The notes below the pieces were generated by a model. It searched no databases, was not told where the DNA came from, and saw nothing but the letters and a program-made list of their open reading frames with translations. Of a DNA stretch of 64,000 nucleotides, positions 1 to 12,185 are shown one piece after another. Source of the stretch: Octopus sinensis (Eukaryota); NCBI RefSeq assembly GCF_006345805.1, contig NC_043005.1:28892001-28956000 (forward strand). Reading direction: 5' to 3'. A program made the position numbers and the translations under genes. Positions within the stretch are counted from its first letter, which is position 1. Each line of letters starts with the position of its first letter.

Positions 1-235
1 TTGATAGTGAGAAAATTGTCTGATCAATTTCTTGATATAAAGGATTTGGTTTTGTGTCTGCAAAGAATATTTCATGAACATTTGGTTCCATTTTGAGAGC
101 ATTCAGTAAAAGTATCCTGGCAGCTTCTTGAGCCCGGTCTCGACCTTTTTTATCATAAGGAGAGAGATTATAAAGTGTGACAACATTTAGCTTTTTACTG
201 GTCAAACTACAAATTGAAGACCTTGACGAGTTCAT
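1..235 (-). CDS. Candidate coding exon of an unidentified gene running off the left edge
   Basis: ATG at 235-233 opens 78 stop-free codons to position 1 (MNSSRSSICSLTSKKLNVVTLYNLSPYDKKGRDRAQEAARILLLNALKMEPNVHEIFFADTKPNPLYQEIDQTIFSLS) in non-repetitive sequence. Candidate acceptors are ttactttcag (AG 399-398) and tcttcag (AG 241-240). No family recognised. Confidence 0.3.
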   Translation of the reverse strand, partial: MNSSRSSICSLTSKKLNVVTLYNLSPYDKKGRDRAQEAARILLLNALKMEPNVHEIFFADTKPNPLYQEIDQTIFSLS

Positions 236-767
236 TTTCCTGAAGATTCTCTTAGTCTATGTATAGTTATTTTTCTAGAATCTGTCCTTTGAGTTCCAAT
301 CCTGAGATTCTTCACTTCTGTCATACCACATGGAAATACTGAGGAGTTGAATGACTTTCTTTAGTAATCATTGTAAATGTGTGTCTGTTATCTGCATCTG
401 AAAGTAAAATATATTAAAATAAGGAACCAAATTAATATAAATCTAAGTGATTTTAAATTACAAAAATTAGATTTATATACTCAAAAAACAGCAGAGCACC
501 CATGAGTTTTGGAAACATGTTCAAAATTGTCAAAGTGTAGAACAAACTCTCAACATCAGTTGTTAGCTGTCAGGACACAAATGCATCTTTCAACAATTCT
601 GTGCTTCTCAAAATTCCTAACATGCCCTGCATTCTTTCCTCTTTATGGCTCTTTTATTGTTCACTTTTCTGTCTTTTTTGTGTTTTATCATGTGTATTGT
701 GCATGTACTTTTGGCTTTCATTGCTGTCTTTCTTTAATTTACTTAATAAACTGTTTTCTAAGGCTGT

Positions 768-1190
768 GAGCTGGCAGAAAAGTTAGCACACCGGGTGAAA
801 TACTTAGCAGTATTTCATGTCTTTACGTTCTGATTTTAAATTCTGCCGAGATTGACTTTGCCTTCCATCCTTTCGGGGTTGATAAATTAAGTACCAGTTG
901 CATACCTTGATTGATCCCCCCCCCCAATTTCAGGCCTTGTGCCTAGAGTAGAAAAGAATATTTTGAAGGTGGTGAGCTGGCAGAAATGTTAGCACACCAG
1001 GCAAAATGCTTAGCGGTATTTTGTCTGTCTTTACGTTCTGAATTCAAATTTTGCCGAGGGCAACTTTGTCTTTTGTCCTTTTGGGATCAATAAATTAAGT
1101 ACCTGTGGTGTACTGGGGTCGATCTAATCGACTGCCCACCCCCTCTCCAAGAAATTTGAGGCCTTGTGCCTAGAGTAGAAAAAAATAAAC
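768..1190 (+). mobile_element. Two tandem copies of tRNA-headed SINE family B
   Basis: Both copies read gtgagctggcagaaa-gttagcac...ttcaaatt-gccgag...gactttgcc-tt-catcctttcggg...gataaattaagtacc...ggccttgtgcctagagtagaaaa (768-960 and 964-1190). Confidence 0.8.
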
Positions 1191-2509
1191 TGTTTTCTGT
1201 CTCTTCTTTTACACTTTTCTGCCAATTTAGAGTGCACCTGTGCAGTGCATACAATAAGTTCATTATCATATTTTTGAAAAATAATTTTTGAGAAAACCAT
1301 GTGCATTATAGTTTCATTTGTAGAGCTATTTAGACAGGGCTTTATATAATTCTGGTGGTGGTAATATACTGAAAGACATTTGAGAAAATAAAATGTAATT
1401 ATTTTTGTCTGCTCTACTAAAGACACAAAGCCTGGAGTTTTGTGTATCCTTAATACAGTTCTCAAGCAGAATTAGTATGACATGTAACAATTATTTTCTT
1501 AACTAATTAACAAGTCTTATTATTAGCAATGTGTCAACTAATTATAAAACTCTATTATATAATTATCTCATCAAAATGGAGCATGTCCCAGCTGGTCCAA
1601 TTTATTTCAGATCAGCTCCACCCATCATTGTAACAAGTTTTACTTGCTTTTTTGTTATTTTGTTTTGTTCTATTTATTAATGAAACAATATTCCTATATT
1701 CCTTTTTATTTGTGTGTGTGTGCGTGTGTGTGTTGCTTTCTCTTTCTTTCTCTCTCTCTCACACACACATTCCCAGCAACATTCATTCCAAATTCAGCAG
1801 ACCTAATTGAACTTGTTCTTCTCTAATCACATTTAGACATTTTTTAAAATTCAACATCACACATCACACACACTATACAAAGCTCTTCCATCATTTATCT
1901 TACACACACCACGTATAGTTCTCCACATTCACTGTACATGTTTCCCAACACTACATTATTACATATCAGAACAGCCTCCCTTTTAAACTGGACAAATTAT
2001 GGCATAACATTAACCACAGAAATAATAACTTGAACTGTGTACCGTTTTCCCCACAATGTCAACTTGACAAAGTTTATAGTTCCTCTCATTTCACTAGCTG
2101 TGGACATACACGTATAAAAATAGATGTCCTGATAGAATCAGAATGAATCCTTTTGGCTGAATGTTGGTGTGAGAAGGTAGGGTCCATCAATGAAGGAAAT
2201 ACTAATACACATATATGATGATATATATATATATATATAAATATATACAATACAATATACAAAAGAGGAGGATCTAAGTGAAACAGTGTTGTTCAATACA
2301 AGTATTTTAAACATCTATAAGTATGTAATTACACGGGTAATGATTGCTCTAATTGTGTGCAAATACCTGTTAATTATAAGTAGAAGAGTAGCGAGTTAAA
2401 GACTTTGGTAAACTCTCATTTGATAGAAGAAAAACTCATTATTCTGTGTTGTTCTTAATCTGTTTTTCTACTTATTTTCTGATAATACAATGTTGACAAG
2501 GTGTGTGTG

Positions 2510-2544
<35 letters not shown>

Positions 2545-2845
2545 ATGCATGCATATATTTATATGTGTATATGTATACAACTATGTTCATATGTATATAT
2601 GTATGTAGATGTATGTATGCATGTACAGTATGTGTGAATGTATGTTATATCTGTGTGTCTGTGTGTGCTTATACACACTCACACACACATATGTATGTAC
2701 ATACATACATATATATGTATGTTCGTATAAATATGTATATTTAAATCATTCAGGACAGAGAAATGGCTATATGTAAGGCTAAGGATATTTGTCCTATCAC
2801 TCCCCAACCTCTTTCTCTCTCTCTCTCTATATATATATATATGTA

Positions 2846-2913
<68 letters not shown>

Positions 2914-2929
2914 ATATATATATATATGA

Positions 2930-3335
2930 CAGTACTGCCTGACTGGTACTTGTGCCAGTGCAATGTTAAAAGCACCATCCAAGCCTGATCATTGCCAGTA
3001 TTGCCATACCAGCACATGAGCCAGTGGCATGTGAAAAACAACATTCAAGCATGGTCATTGCCAGTGCCGCCAGACTGACTACAATGCAGGTGGCACGTAA
3101 AAAACACCTTTGAGCGTGGTCATTGCCAGTACTACCTGATTGGTCTTCATGTTGGTGGCACATAGAAGCACCCACTACACTCTCAGAGTGGTTGGCATTA
3201 GGAAGGGCATCCACCAGTAGAAGCTTTGCCAGATCAGAATGGAGCTTGGTGAAGCCTTCTGGCTCGCTAGTCCTCAGTCAAACCATCCAACCCATGCCAG
3301 CATGGAAAGCGGACGTTAAGCGACAATGATGATCA
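2930..3335 (+). mobile_element. RTE-LINE 3' tail repeat (family D)
   Basis: Matches the 3' UTR of the RTE at 49968-52110 (cactacactctcagagtggttggcattaggaagggcatcc...ccatgccagcatggaaagcggacgtt) and ends in a GAT repeat. Confidence 0.75.
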
Positions 3336-3354
3336 TGTATGTATGTATGTAACA

Positions 3355-4670
3355 TTTGAGGATATGAATGCAGGGAAAGCCCCAGGACCATCAAGAATTA
3401 TCTCTGAAATGTGTAATATATCTGACAGCATAGGATGTGGCCTTGTTCCTTGTATAGTGGATCATGTTGTACAGGAAGATGTCATACATAATAGCTGTCA
3501 TAGCTGTAATCACAGTCATCTGTTACAAGGGTAAAGGAGATACTTTAGAAAGAAGTAATTACAGAAGGGTATCACATTGCTGGATCAGATCCTGAAAGTT
3601 GCAGGAAGAATTCAACCAATTAGGAAGAGAATTAACCTGGATGAGATACAGTTTGGTTTTATGCCTGGAAGAAGTACTACTGATACCATCTTCATGGTGA
3701 GAGAACTGAAGGAGAAGTATTTAGTGAAAAATAAACCATTGCACTTAGCATTCATCAGCCTGAAGAAAGGTTTTGACAGAGTTCCCAGTTCTGTAATCTG
3801 ATGGTTGTGAAGGTGAATGGTTCAGTGGTTAGAGCATTGAACTTACGATTGTGAGGTTGTGAGTTCGAATCCTGGACCAGGCTGTGTGTTGTGTTCTTGA
3901 GCAAGACATTTTATTTCACGTTGCTCCGGTTCACTCAGCTGTAGAAATGAGTTGTGACATCACTGATGCCAAGCTGTATTGGCCCCTTTGCCTTTCCCTT
4001 GTAGATAGGGGAGGCCGGTATGCATGTGCAAATGTTGGCCTTCCACAAACAACCTTGCCTGGACTTGTGCCTGGGAGAGTAACTTTCTAGGTGCAGTCCC
4101 AAGGTCATTCATGACCGAAGGGTGTCTCTGAATCTGATGGTTGCTGAGGAAGCTGGGAGAAGATGAATGACTTGTGTGAGCTACACCTGCCATGTACAGG
4201 GATATTATCAATAAAGCAAGAGTAAGCAGCAAGATCAGTGACAAGTTTAATATGCAGGTAATAAATCATAAGGATTTGGTTCTCAGTTAACTCCACTTAT
4301 TCATCATAGTCCTCCAGGCCAGAACAAAAGAGCGTAAGTCTGGCTATTCATGGGAACTGCTATATGCTGATGACCTCATTCTTATAATCTGATGTAAAAT
4401 TAGAAAATAAATTCCAAGTGTGGAAGAAAAGCTTGGAATCAAAGATCCTTAGAGTTAACTTAGCAAAGACCAAAGTTTTAGTAATTAGGAAAACATCATG
4501 ATTCTACTTCCATTAAAGAATTGGCCTTGCTTGATATATAGAAAAGGAGTAAGTAGAAAATTCCATGTGATATACTTGATGCAAACTATAGATACATAAA
4601 ATATGCAATGGTGACATTAACAGAGGATGTAGACTTTATATGTAGCAGATGGGTTGGAGCAATAAACTCC
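3355..4670 (+). mobile_element. Degenerate RTE-clade LINE reverse transcriptase fragment, interrupted by a SINE
   Basis: Translations GKAPGPS, LDEIQFGFMPGRSTTDTIF, LAFISLKKGFDRVP, WELLYADDL and LRVNLAKTKVL, with stops and frameshifts. Homologous to 50543-52110. Confidence 0.85.
3808..4130 (+). mobile_element. tRNA-derived CORE-type SINE inserted in the RTE fragment
   Basis: A box (tggttcagtggttagagc), B box (gagttcgaatcc) and CORE-like ttcttgagcaagacattttatttcacgttgctcc. Flanked by a 13-bp TSD aatctgatggttg (3795-3807 and 4131-4143). Confidence 0.85.
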
Positions 4671-5157
4671 TAAGAGCACACAAAAAAATTTAGAAAACCT
4701 AAAGACAGTTAAATAAGATGCATATGGAAAATCGAAATTATAGAAATGAACAAAAAGAGATTCACTAAAAAAAAATTTTTATATTCATAATATTTACATG
4801 ACACTGTTGCTAGTATTTTTTTTATTAGAACAGGAGTCTGGGACATTGCTATGTTGTTGCTAAGCTCCACATTGTTCCCAAACATGCAGATCTATTATAA
4901 AAAAAAACAGTTTCAAACATGACCATCTCACCTTTTTTATTTTTCCATATAGCATTATCCAATGTGATCTTTCTTTTAAAGCAATTTAAGGGTGTTTTGT
5001 GTGCCATTCCTAACTGAGTTTGAGGGAGTCTTGTGTGGTTTGAGGGAGATGTGAGTATTATTTCTAGCTAGTCAAGCCACTATGTACAGGCTCTGTTGTG
5101 ATCTTAATTAGGTTATTGTTTCAGTGGTTATAAATATTAGAGAAATCTGAAATTTAA

Positions 5158-5523
5158 CAGTATTATTTATAGTAAAGATTGTTTGCCAACATAACATGGC
5201 AGTCCTGGTTTAGGACTAATGTTGCTGTAATTTAGCCCCAGGAGACATTGTCTCCAGTTGGCTATATGACACAATCTGTGTCGTTATATTTTCAAACAAG
5301 AGAATCTAGCACCCCCACTCAGCTCAAATAACTCAGAAATCGCGATACATAGATATTGTTTTGAACTGAATGGGGGTACTAGATTCCCTTGTTTGAAAAT
5401 ATAACAACACAGATCGTGTCGTATAGCCAGCTGGAGACATTGTCTCCTGGGGTTAAATTACAGCAACATTTGTCCTAAACCAGGACTGCCATGTTGGCAA
5501 ACAATCTTTACTACAAAGTACTG
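5158..5523. repeat. Long inverted repeat / foldback (MITE-like)
   Basis: Arms at about 5158-5328 and 5360-5523 are reverse complements (gtaaagattgtttgccaac / gttggcaaacaatctttac; ccaggagac...ctccag-tggctata), with a spacer of about 30 nt. Confidence 0.85.
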
Positions 5524-8289
5524 TTGCTGAATATCTCTCATTGTGAGATTTAAAATTAGTAATTTTCAGTATTATTTATGTGAGGTACACCTCGTTCAGA
5601 GATTTAGTATTATTTATGTTATCAATTTATGAATGATTTCCTCATTAATGTTCAATAAAATGTGATAGCAATCATTCTAAGAACCACTGAAGACATAACA
5701 GAGAAATAGCCCTATGAACAGAACAGGAATCAATAAGTCTGTAGATGTTTAATAAACATCCACCCTTGGAGCCAGGTATCTGTTGCTTTTTTTTTTTTTT
5801 TTTTTTTGTAAAACGGTTGAAATGCTGAGTTGAAATATTGAGTTCTCAGATAAATTTTTTTTTACGTGGCACTCTATAGTCAAATTTCAAAAATGATTAA
5901 CAAAAGTGGTAGAGGAAATATAGAACTACAAAAAACATTTTTTAAAACTATAATAAAAATATTTTTCACATTGATTCAAGTGACAAAGGAAAGAATTAAG
6001 AACAATGGAAAAAAGAGAAAAGAAAACCCAATAAATTTATCTGACAACTCAATGAAATTAAGAAAAAAATGAATATAAATGATGGAAAACAAATAAAAAT
6101 GGTAAATATTTACCTTGTTTTGTTGCTAAAGTCCCTCATAATCAAGATGTTTTAAGACATGGTATAGGGGTGAAAGAGTCATAGATTAAGAAGTTTACAT
6201 GTGTGTGTGTGTGTGTATGTGTGCGTGTCAATGAGAGATGTCTATACGTGTGTGTGTGTGTGATGCATCTGTCAGCTATGGTACTCTAGAGAGTGGGAAG
6301 TGACTTGTTTTGCTCTGCAGTTTATATATACATTTTTGAAATACTTACATGCAAGCACTTGTACTTATACACTCTAAGAGACACACGCATGCATTTATAT
6401 ATATGCATACATACACACATATATATATGAATATATATATGTGTGTGTGTGTGTGTATATATATACACTCACTCATACACACCCTTCATTCCTATTCTAC
6501 AAACAGTTCTATTCATGCTGTCAGATGTAGTTACATACTGGATACTGGAGTTGGTGGAAGCCAATGAGTGTGGAATCGGTGCTGAGGGAACAGTGCAGAG
6601 ATCCTACAACACACCCACATACACACACACACACATTCACACACAAATACACATGCATGCACACACACATACATACTGGTCTACAAATATATATTACTCT
6701 CTCATATATGTATGAGTGTGTGTGTGTGTGTATCAACTGGTGTGTTTGAACTAGGATTGGTGAATAGTCTGATTTAGGATGTATGAAGAGAGAGAGAGAG
6801 AGTGTGTGAGTAATGGTGTGGGTTACATGGAGTTAGATAATTAATACACTACAAGTTATTTAACTGTTAATAATTGGTCAGTTTAGTGGTTGATTGGGAT
6901 GGAGGTAAAGGACAAATATTACTGAGCCACCTACACCACCTGCACCACCACCACCACCACACCACCACCACCACCATCACCACCACTACAACAACTACTG
7001 TAGAACTGTAGCACAATTTAATGTTTAATGTTCAAGAAATGAAAAGAAATGGGAAAAGTAGAGAAATGGAGAGAAAAAGACGGCAACAGGGATTGAAAAC
7101 CAGGTCATGGACATAACTTAGAAGAAGGAGCTTACCTCTAAGAATAATGATAATTTAAGTTAAGTTAATTTTTTGGCTCAAAAAGCAAAAAGCAAGGCCA
7201 TGTAGGGGGACATGTATGTACATGGTGGTGTTCATGCAAAGAGTTCAGGCCATTTGTGGTCACGAGAGACTTTGAACCGAGCGGTCGTCGGCGTAGTAGA
7301 CGTCTATAGCACTGTATGTAGGTGATATTATTTTACTAACCTCTTGAAGAGATGGAACTATTGTGTAAGTCTGGTGCTGTGGAAAGACCCTCATTCTGGT
7401 AATGGTTTACATATAATTTCCATTAAGTTTGCTTAAAAATTTTTGTTATTTCTATATCTTCAAGTCTTCACAAAACTGGAATCGCTTTCCTCATCAATCT
7501 GCATTAAATTTGGTCTGAAATTGTCATGTAAATGTTTCTAGCTTTTTGCCAGTTCTTTGTTGGGTGAAGAACTGCATTCTTCATTTCAATATGAGAGTGC
7601 TGGGTCTCATCTACTTTTTGCTTGCTTTATCTTGGAGAGTATTTATTTCCAGGTTCTTGTTCTTTTCTCCTTTTCTTGACCTTACCTGCTCTACCTGTGC
7701 TTTCCATCCCCTCTTCATCTTTTTCACAAGACGATGATGGGGTGGTACTGCTGGTTATTGCTGCAGAGGGGAACCTTCTGTCTCCTAGTCATCTCCTAGA
7801 ATCAAGGAAGAGGCAAATTCCTTCAATGTTTCTGGAACAACAAAGTCTGCTGGTCCTAGGATTTGGTATAACCTTAGAGCCAGCTGCCTCTGTTGTTGCT
7901 ATTGCTGTTTTTATTTCTTTTAAATTTTCATTTCTTCTGGATATAAGAAATCTTTAAATAACCATTACTACCACATGTGTTTTCTCCCTTGAATAACCAG
8001 CCATAAAACTTTTCTGCCAGGACTCATTTCAGGAAACAACTACTTCAGAATTATTTCATGGTTTTAAAGGATCTTAAAATCTTGTATGTCTGAAAAGACC
8101 CCAATTGATTACTTATTACCAGAAGTCATGCCAGTGCTGGCTATCTACCCATATTGTATCCTGAAGGTAACCAAAGGTTAATGTTGTTACCAATGTTTTT
8201 TAACAGACACCTTTATGTTTCTTCAGGTGTAAAATGCAATCAATAATTGTGTATTTTTTACCAATTATTGATTGTCATATTTTTTGCCA

Positions 8290-8500
8290 ATTAAGAGCGC
8301 GGGCTACGAATCCCAAGATTCTGAGTTTGATTCCAGACAGTGACCTGAATAATAATAATACCATCGGAAAAATACCTTAGGAATGAAAACTCAGGTTCAA
8401 AATTCCCCCAAGACACCTGATGAAGGCTGGAGAGTACATCAACCAAAACGTTGTGTTAACAAACAAGATGAGGACAAATATCCGTCAAATGTAAATAATT
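8290..8500 (+). mobile_element. 5'-truncated tRNA-headed SINE-like element carrying a decayed hammerhead-ribozyme-like motif
   Basis: B-box-like gagtttgattcc and an (AAT)n linker, then GACAC-CTGATGA-A-GGCTG-loop-CAACC-AAAA-CGTT-GTGTT at 8412-8457. Confidence 0.55.
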
Positions 8501-9849
8501 CCTTGTCTCTTAAATATAGAACTCATTCTTCACTCCACTTTTATTAATATTCTTATTTCAGTGTCCTTTTGTCACACATCCCTGTGACCTCTTCAGTGAA
8601 TCTCCTTCCCACATGTCTCTTTCCGTTCTGTTTAGTTCAGTCCCCCAATTATAACAATATCTGTTTCAACATACAATTTCATATGAGCAATCTTACAAAA
8701 TAAATACATAGACGTAATATATTTTTGTTTTTCTTGATGTTTAACAAGGGTCTTAGGTATTGATGCATGAAAACTTTTTCTCCACCAGCTAATTCATATC
8801 TAAAGATTGTTGGCAGCTCTTGCAAAAGAAAAGACTGGAAATACCTTCCCTGTTTCTTAATTCAAATATTTCATTTTCCATTATTCTCTTTGTTAAACCA
8901 TTTTGTTACCATATTTCTGTTAAAATACAGTCTTTGCTTTAATTAATTTTGAAAATAATAAACAATTGTTTTTATTCCAGCACACGATCTCAGCTCAGGT
9001 CACTTGCTATGCAAGTACATCTCCGAAAATAATAAAGAATTTATCAAATTAATTTTACCATTGTTAAACTGATGTTTGGAACATAGATTAACATGAAATT
9101 CTGATGGAAGGTTTTTAATTCAGATCATTTTAAAGCAAAGAATTTATATCATACATAGAATCAGGAATGGTTTCAAGTGAGTTAGCATTAAAGGAGTGAA
9201 CAAGTGTATATACTTGTCAGTGTTGTTGTTGTTTAAATTTGCATTTCAGATATTAAATTGTAATTATGTGTAGTTAAAGGGTTTGTATTGTTAGTCTTCC
9301 TGTTTTCTTCTTTATTCTCATCACTGCCACTGCTGCATCTGCTGCCATTGCCTCTGCTGCCACTGCCACCACCATCACCACCACCACAACAACAACAACA
9401 ACAAAAGAACATCATCATCACCATGATGATGATCATCATCATTTTAATATTCCCCTTACCATGTTTGGATGAGATCAGACAGAATTTGTTCAAGGCAGAT
9501 TTTCTACTTTTTATTTCCCAATTTTTTTTTATCTGTTGAAGAGGAAAAAGACTTTTTTTTGCCTTTAAACAGATTCATTGTTGCTCCCTTTCTTATTACT
9601 AATCTTCACTGTTTCACAAGTAGAGGCAGCCACGTTGAAAAATTATTCTAAGCACAATAAAATTTCATAAAAATTTTAAATGTTTAAACAAATCTTCTGT
9701 CTACCTCACATACCAAGGTAGTGATATGCCAACATTCCAACATCTATTGTTCGTAAGATAATCCAAAAAGAAACAATTATCATTCTGTAAAACTTGTAAA
9801 TAATCCAAAAATTCTTGGAAAGTTTTATAATGCTTCCAACAAACACAAA

Positions 9850-10055
9850 TAATGGCTTCAAATTTTGGCACAAGGCCAGCAATTTCAGGGGAGGGGATAA
9901 GTCAATTACATTGACTCCAATATGCAACTGATACTTAATTTATTGACCCTGAATGGATGAAAGGCAAAGTCGACCTCAGCAGAATTTGAACTCAGAACGT
10001 AGTGGCAGGCAAAATACCACTACGCATTTCATCCAGCATGCTAATGTTTCTGCCA
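9850..10055 (-). mobile_element. SINE family B copy
   Basis: Reverse complement of the family B head and core (gatgaaaggcaaagtcgacctcagcagaatttgaactcagaacgta). Confidence 0.75.
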
Positions 10056-10066
10056 GGTCACTGCCT

Positions 10067-10101
<35 letters not shown>

Positions 10102-11490
10102 TTCTTTTATTATCCACAAGGGCATAGATGAGGGGATATCACAAGGATTTAGGATCTTTTTTGCTTGACTGCACTTTCTAAAATTTTCAAATTTGGAGTA
10201 TTGGTGTATTTTTCCATGCTGAATCTCAAGGCCAAATTCACCTATTCCAGAAAATTTTTTTTTTAAATGTTATGGAGTTTTAAAGTTTGATCATTTTTAC
10301 TCAGTCAGAAAACAGGATTTGGAAGCTGTCATTTTGTGCATCACTGCATGTGTTGTCAACATTGCAATGATAGCATGTGTTTTAATATCAAACTGTAAAA
10401 AAATTGGTGGAATTCTGCTTTACGTATGCCTTATAACTTTTCATAACTTTTTTATTTTTTATAATTTTCAGAAAATTTTTGCAAATTTGTATTCTACACA
10501 TGGGAATTCATACGATTATACAAAAACCAAATAAAAATTTTGGTGCATGATTTAAGGCCTATTTAGCTGTTATTTTTAGCACATCTCACAACTATCTCAT
10601 GAGTTTTAAGTATTTAATAAGTGAAAAATGACCATATGGTTGAACAGGACAGCAATAGATCAGGTAAGCAGCTGGGTAACAGCTTGGCTTATTACTATGG
10701 AAGTCTGGTAAATTTGGTAACTTTAAGAGCTATTCACTTTTTATTTATTTATGGTGAAAATGAATTTCATGTCAATAATTATCATACAAAACTACATCAA
10801 TAAACCAAATATGAAATGAATTAGAATAAAATTGAAGAAATTGAAAAGTGGCAACCAATCAGGAAAGGTGTGGATTTACATAGAGGATGAAGAAGAAGAA
10901 ATGGAAAAGACAGTGGAATGCAATAGAAGTAGACATGATATACAAAGTACGAGATAACATGAATGAGGGAGTCCTCCTGATGCAGGAAAAACTCCAACTA
11001 GAGCCAATCAAGGAACCCCACAGATCCAGGATTATCCTGTTCACCAAAGGTATGAGCTCTTTCCTGCTCTTCAATGTACAGATGCATTCACTACAACCAT
11101 GTTTGCCACAGTCACCTGTCTTTCCTCAAATTCACCAGAAAGTAACACTTCTCTCTTCATCCTCACTTTCCTTTCCAAGGAGAACTTTAAAATGTCAATG
11201 AGGGCTTGACCAAAGGAGAAACTTTCTGCTTTTAGGCAGAAGGCTTGGAGCTTTTTATTGGAGGGTGCTAGTCGATTGCATCAATCCCTGTGCTCAATTT
11301 GTACTTATTTCACTAGCCACAAAGAATGAAAGTCAAAGTCAACTTCAGTGGGATTTGAACTCAGAACATAGAGATGAATGCAATGCTGCTAAGTATGTTG
11401 TCTGGTGTACAAACTATTCTTTAATAATAATAATAATAATAATGATGATGATGATGATGATGATGATAATAATAGTAATAATAATAACAG

Positions 11491-11774
11491 AAGCCAGACT
11501 TAGTCTTAATTGAGAAAGAAAGCAAACTATGCTGGATCATAGATATAACATACCCAGCTGACCTCAAGGTATGCAATAAGGAAGAAAGAAAAGTCGAGAG
11601 ATATGACAGGTTAGCTTGGGAAGTTAAGCAGTGCTTGCAAAAAACAGCACTGCTTGGAACTGCTCAAATACTCCAGAAGGTGCTTGAAAAATAAGAGGTG
11701 TTACCTTAGTTCACTGGTAGTGAACAGCTGACACTGTAGTATATCTCCAGCATTAGAAGCTGTGCAAAGGCAAT

Positions 11775-11775
<1 letters not shown>
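11491..11775 (+). mobile_element. 3' fragment of an R4/Dong-like non-LTR retroelement (restriction-like endonuclease C-terminus) within (AAT)n
   Basis: Open frame 11491-11694: KPDLVLIEKESKLCWIIDITYPADLKVCNKEERKVERYDRLAWEVKQCLQKTALLGTAQILQKVLEK*. It shows the PD...D...K..RY pattern and a QKTALLGTA.IL terminal motif. AAT-rich repeats lie on both sides. Confidence 0.65.
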
Positions 11776-11836
<61 letters not shown>

Positions 11837-11934
11837 CAACAACAAGAGCATTCTGCCAAGGCAGCACCAACGTCCTCTCAAAAATTTGCCAGAGATGATT
11901 TTTAAAATGACAATATCTGAAATTAACTCAAATG

Positions 11935-12185
11935 CTCTCACAAAGGAGAATACTAAAAATGAACCTGACTGGTAAGTAAAAAAAATAGGAAAAATAATCC
12001 AAATCCTTGTCCGATACTGGATCGATTCTAAAATCTAATCAGTTTGTGCTAGCCACGAGGCCAAACATCCTTGAAAGTTTTATTCAATCCATCCAGCAGT
12101 TCTTGAGATGTCTTGTCCATGGACAAGCAAACAAACAATCATGACTGAAAACAATACCTCCGTCTTTGCTAAGGCAGAGGTAACA
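11935..12185 (+). mobile_element. Probable non-autonomous Helentron/Helitron-like element
   Basis: Ends in gaaaacaatacctccgtctttgctaaggcagaggtaa, a terminal hairpin at 12155-12183 preceded by a caaa/acaa repeat. This architecture is typical of HINE-like elements. Confidence 0.35.

Noticed and set aside
2490-2900. Many ORF-track entries rich in CV, YI, HT or poly-I/poly-M
   Set aside because: They are translations of (TG)n, (TA)n, (CA)n, (AAT)n and (GAT)n microsatellites throughout the window, not genes.
7622-7957. 111-aa hydrophobic plus-strand ORF
   Set aside because: No motif or splice context; the composition is better explained as antisense of purine-rich sequence.
9288-9539. Poly-P/poly-Q/poly-I ORF
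   Set aside because: A compound trinucleotide repeat.
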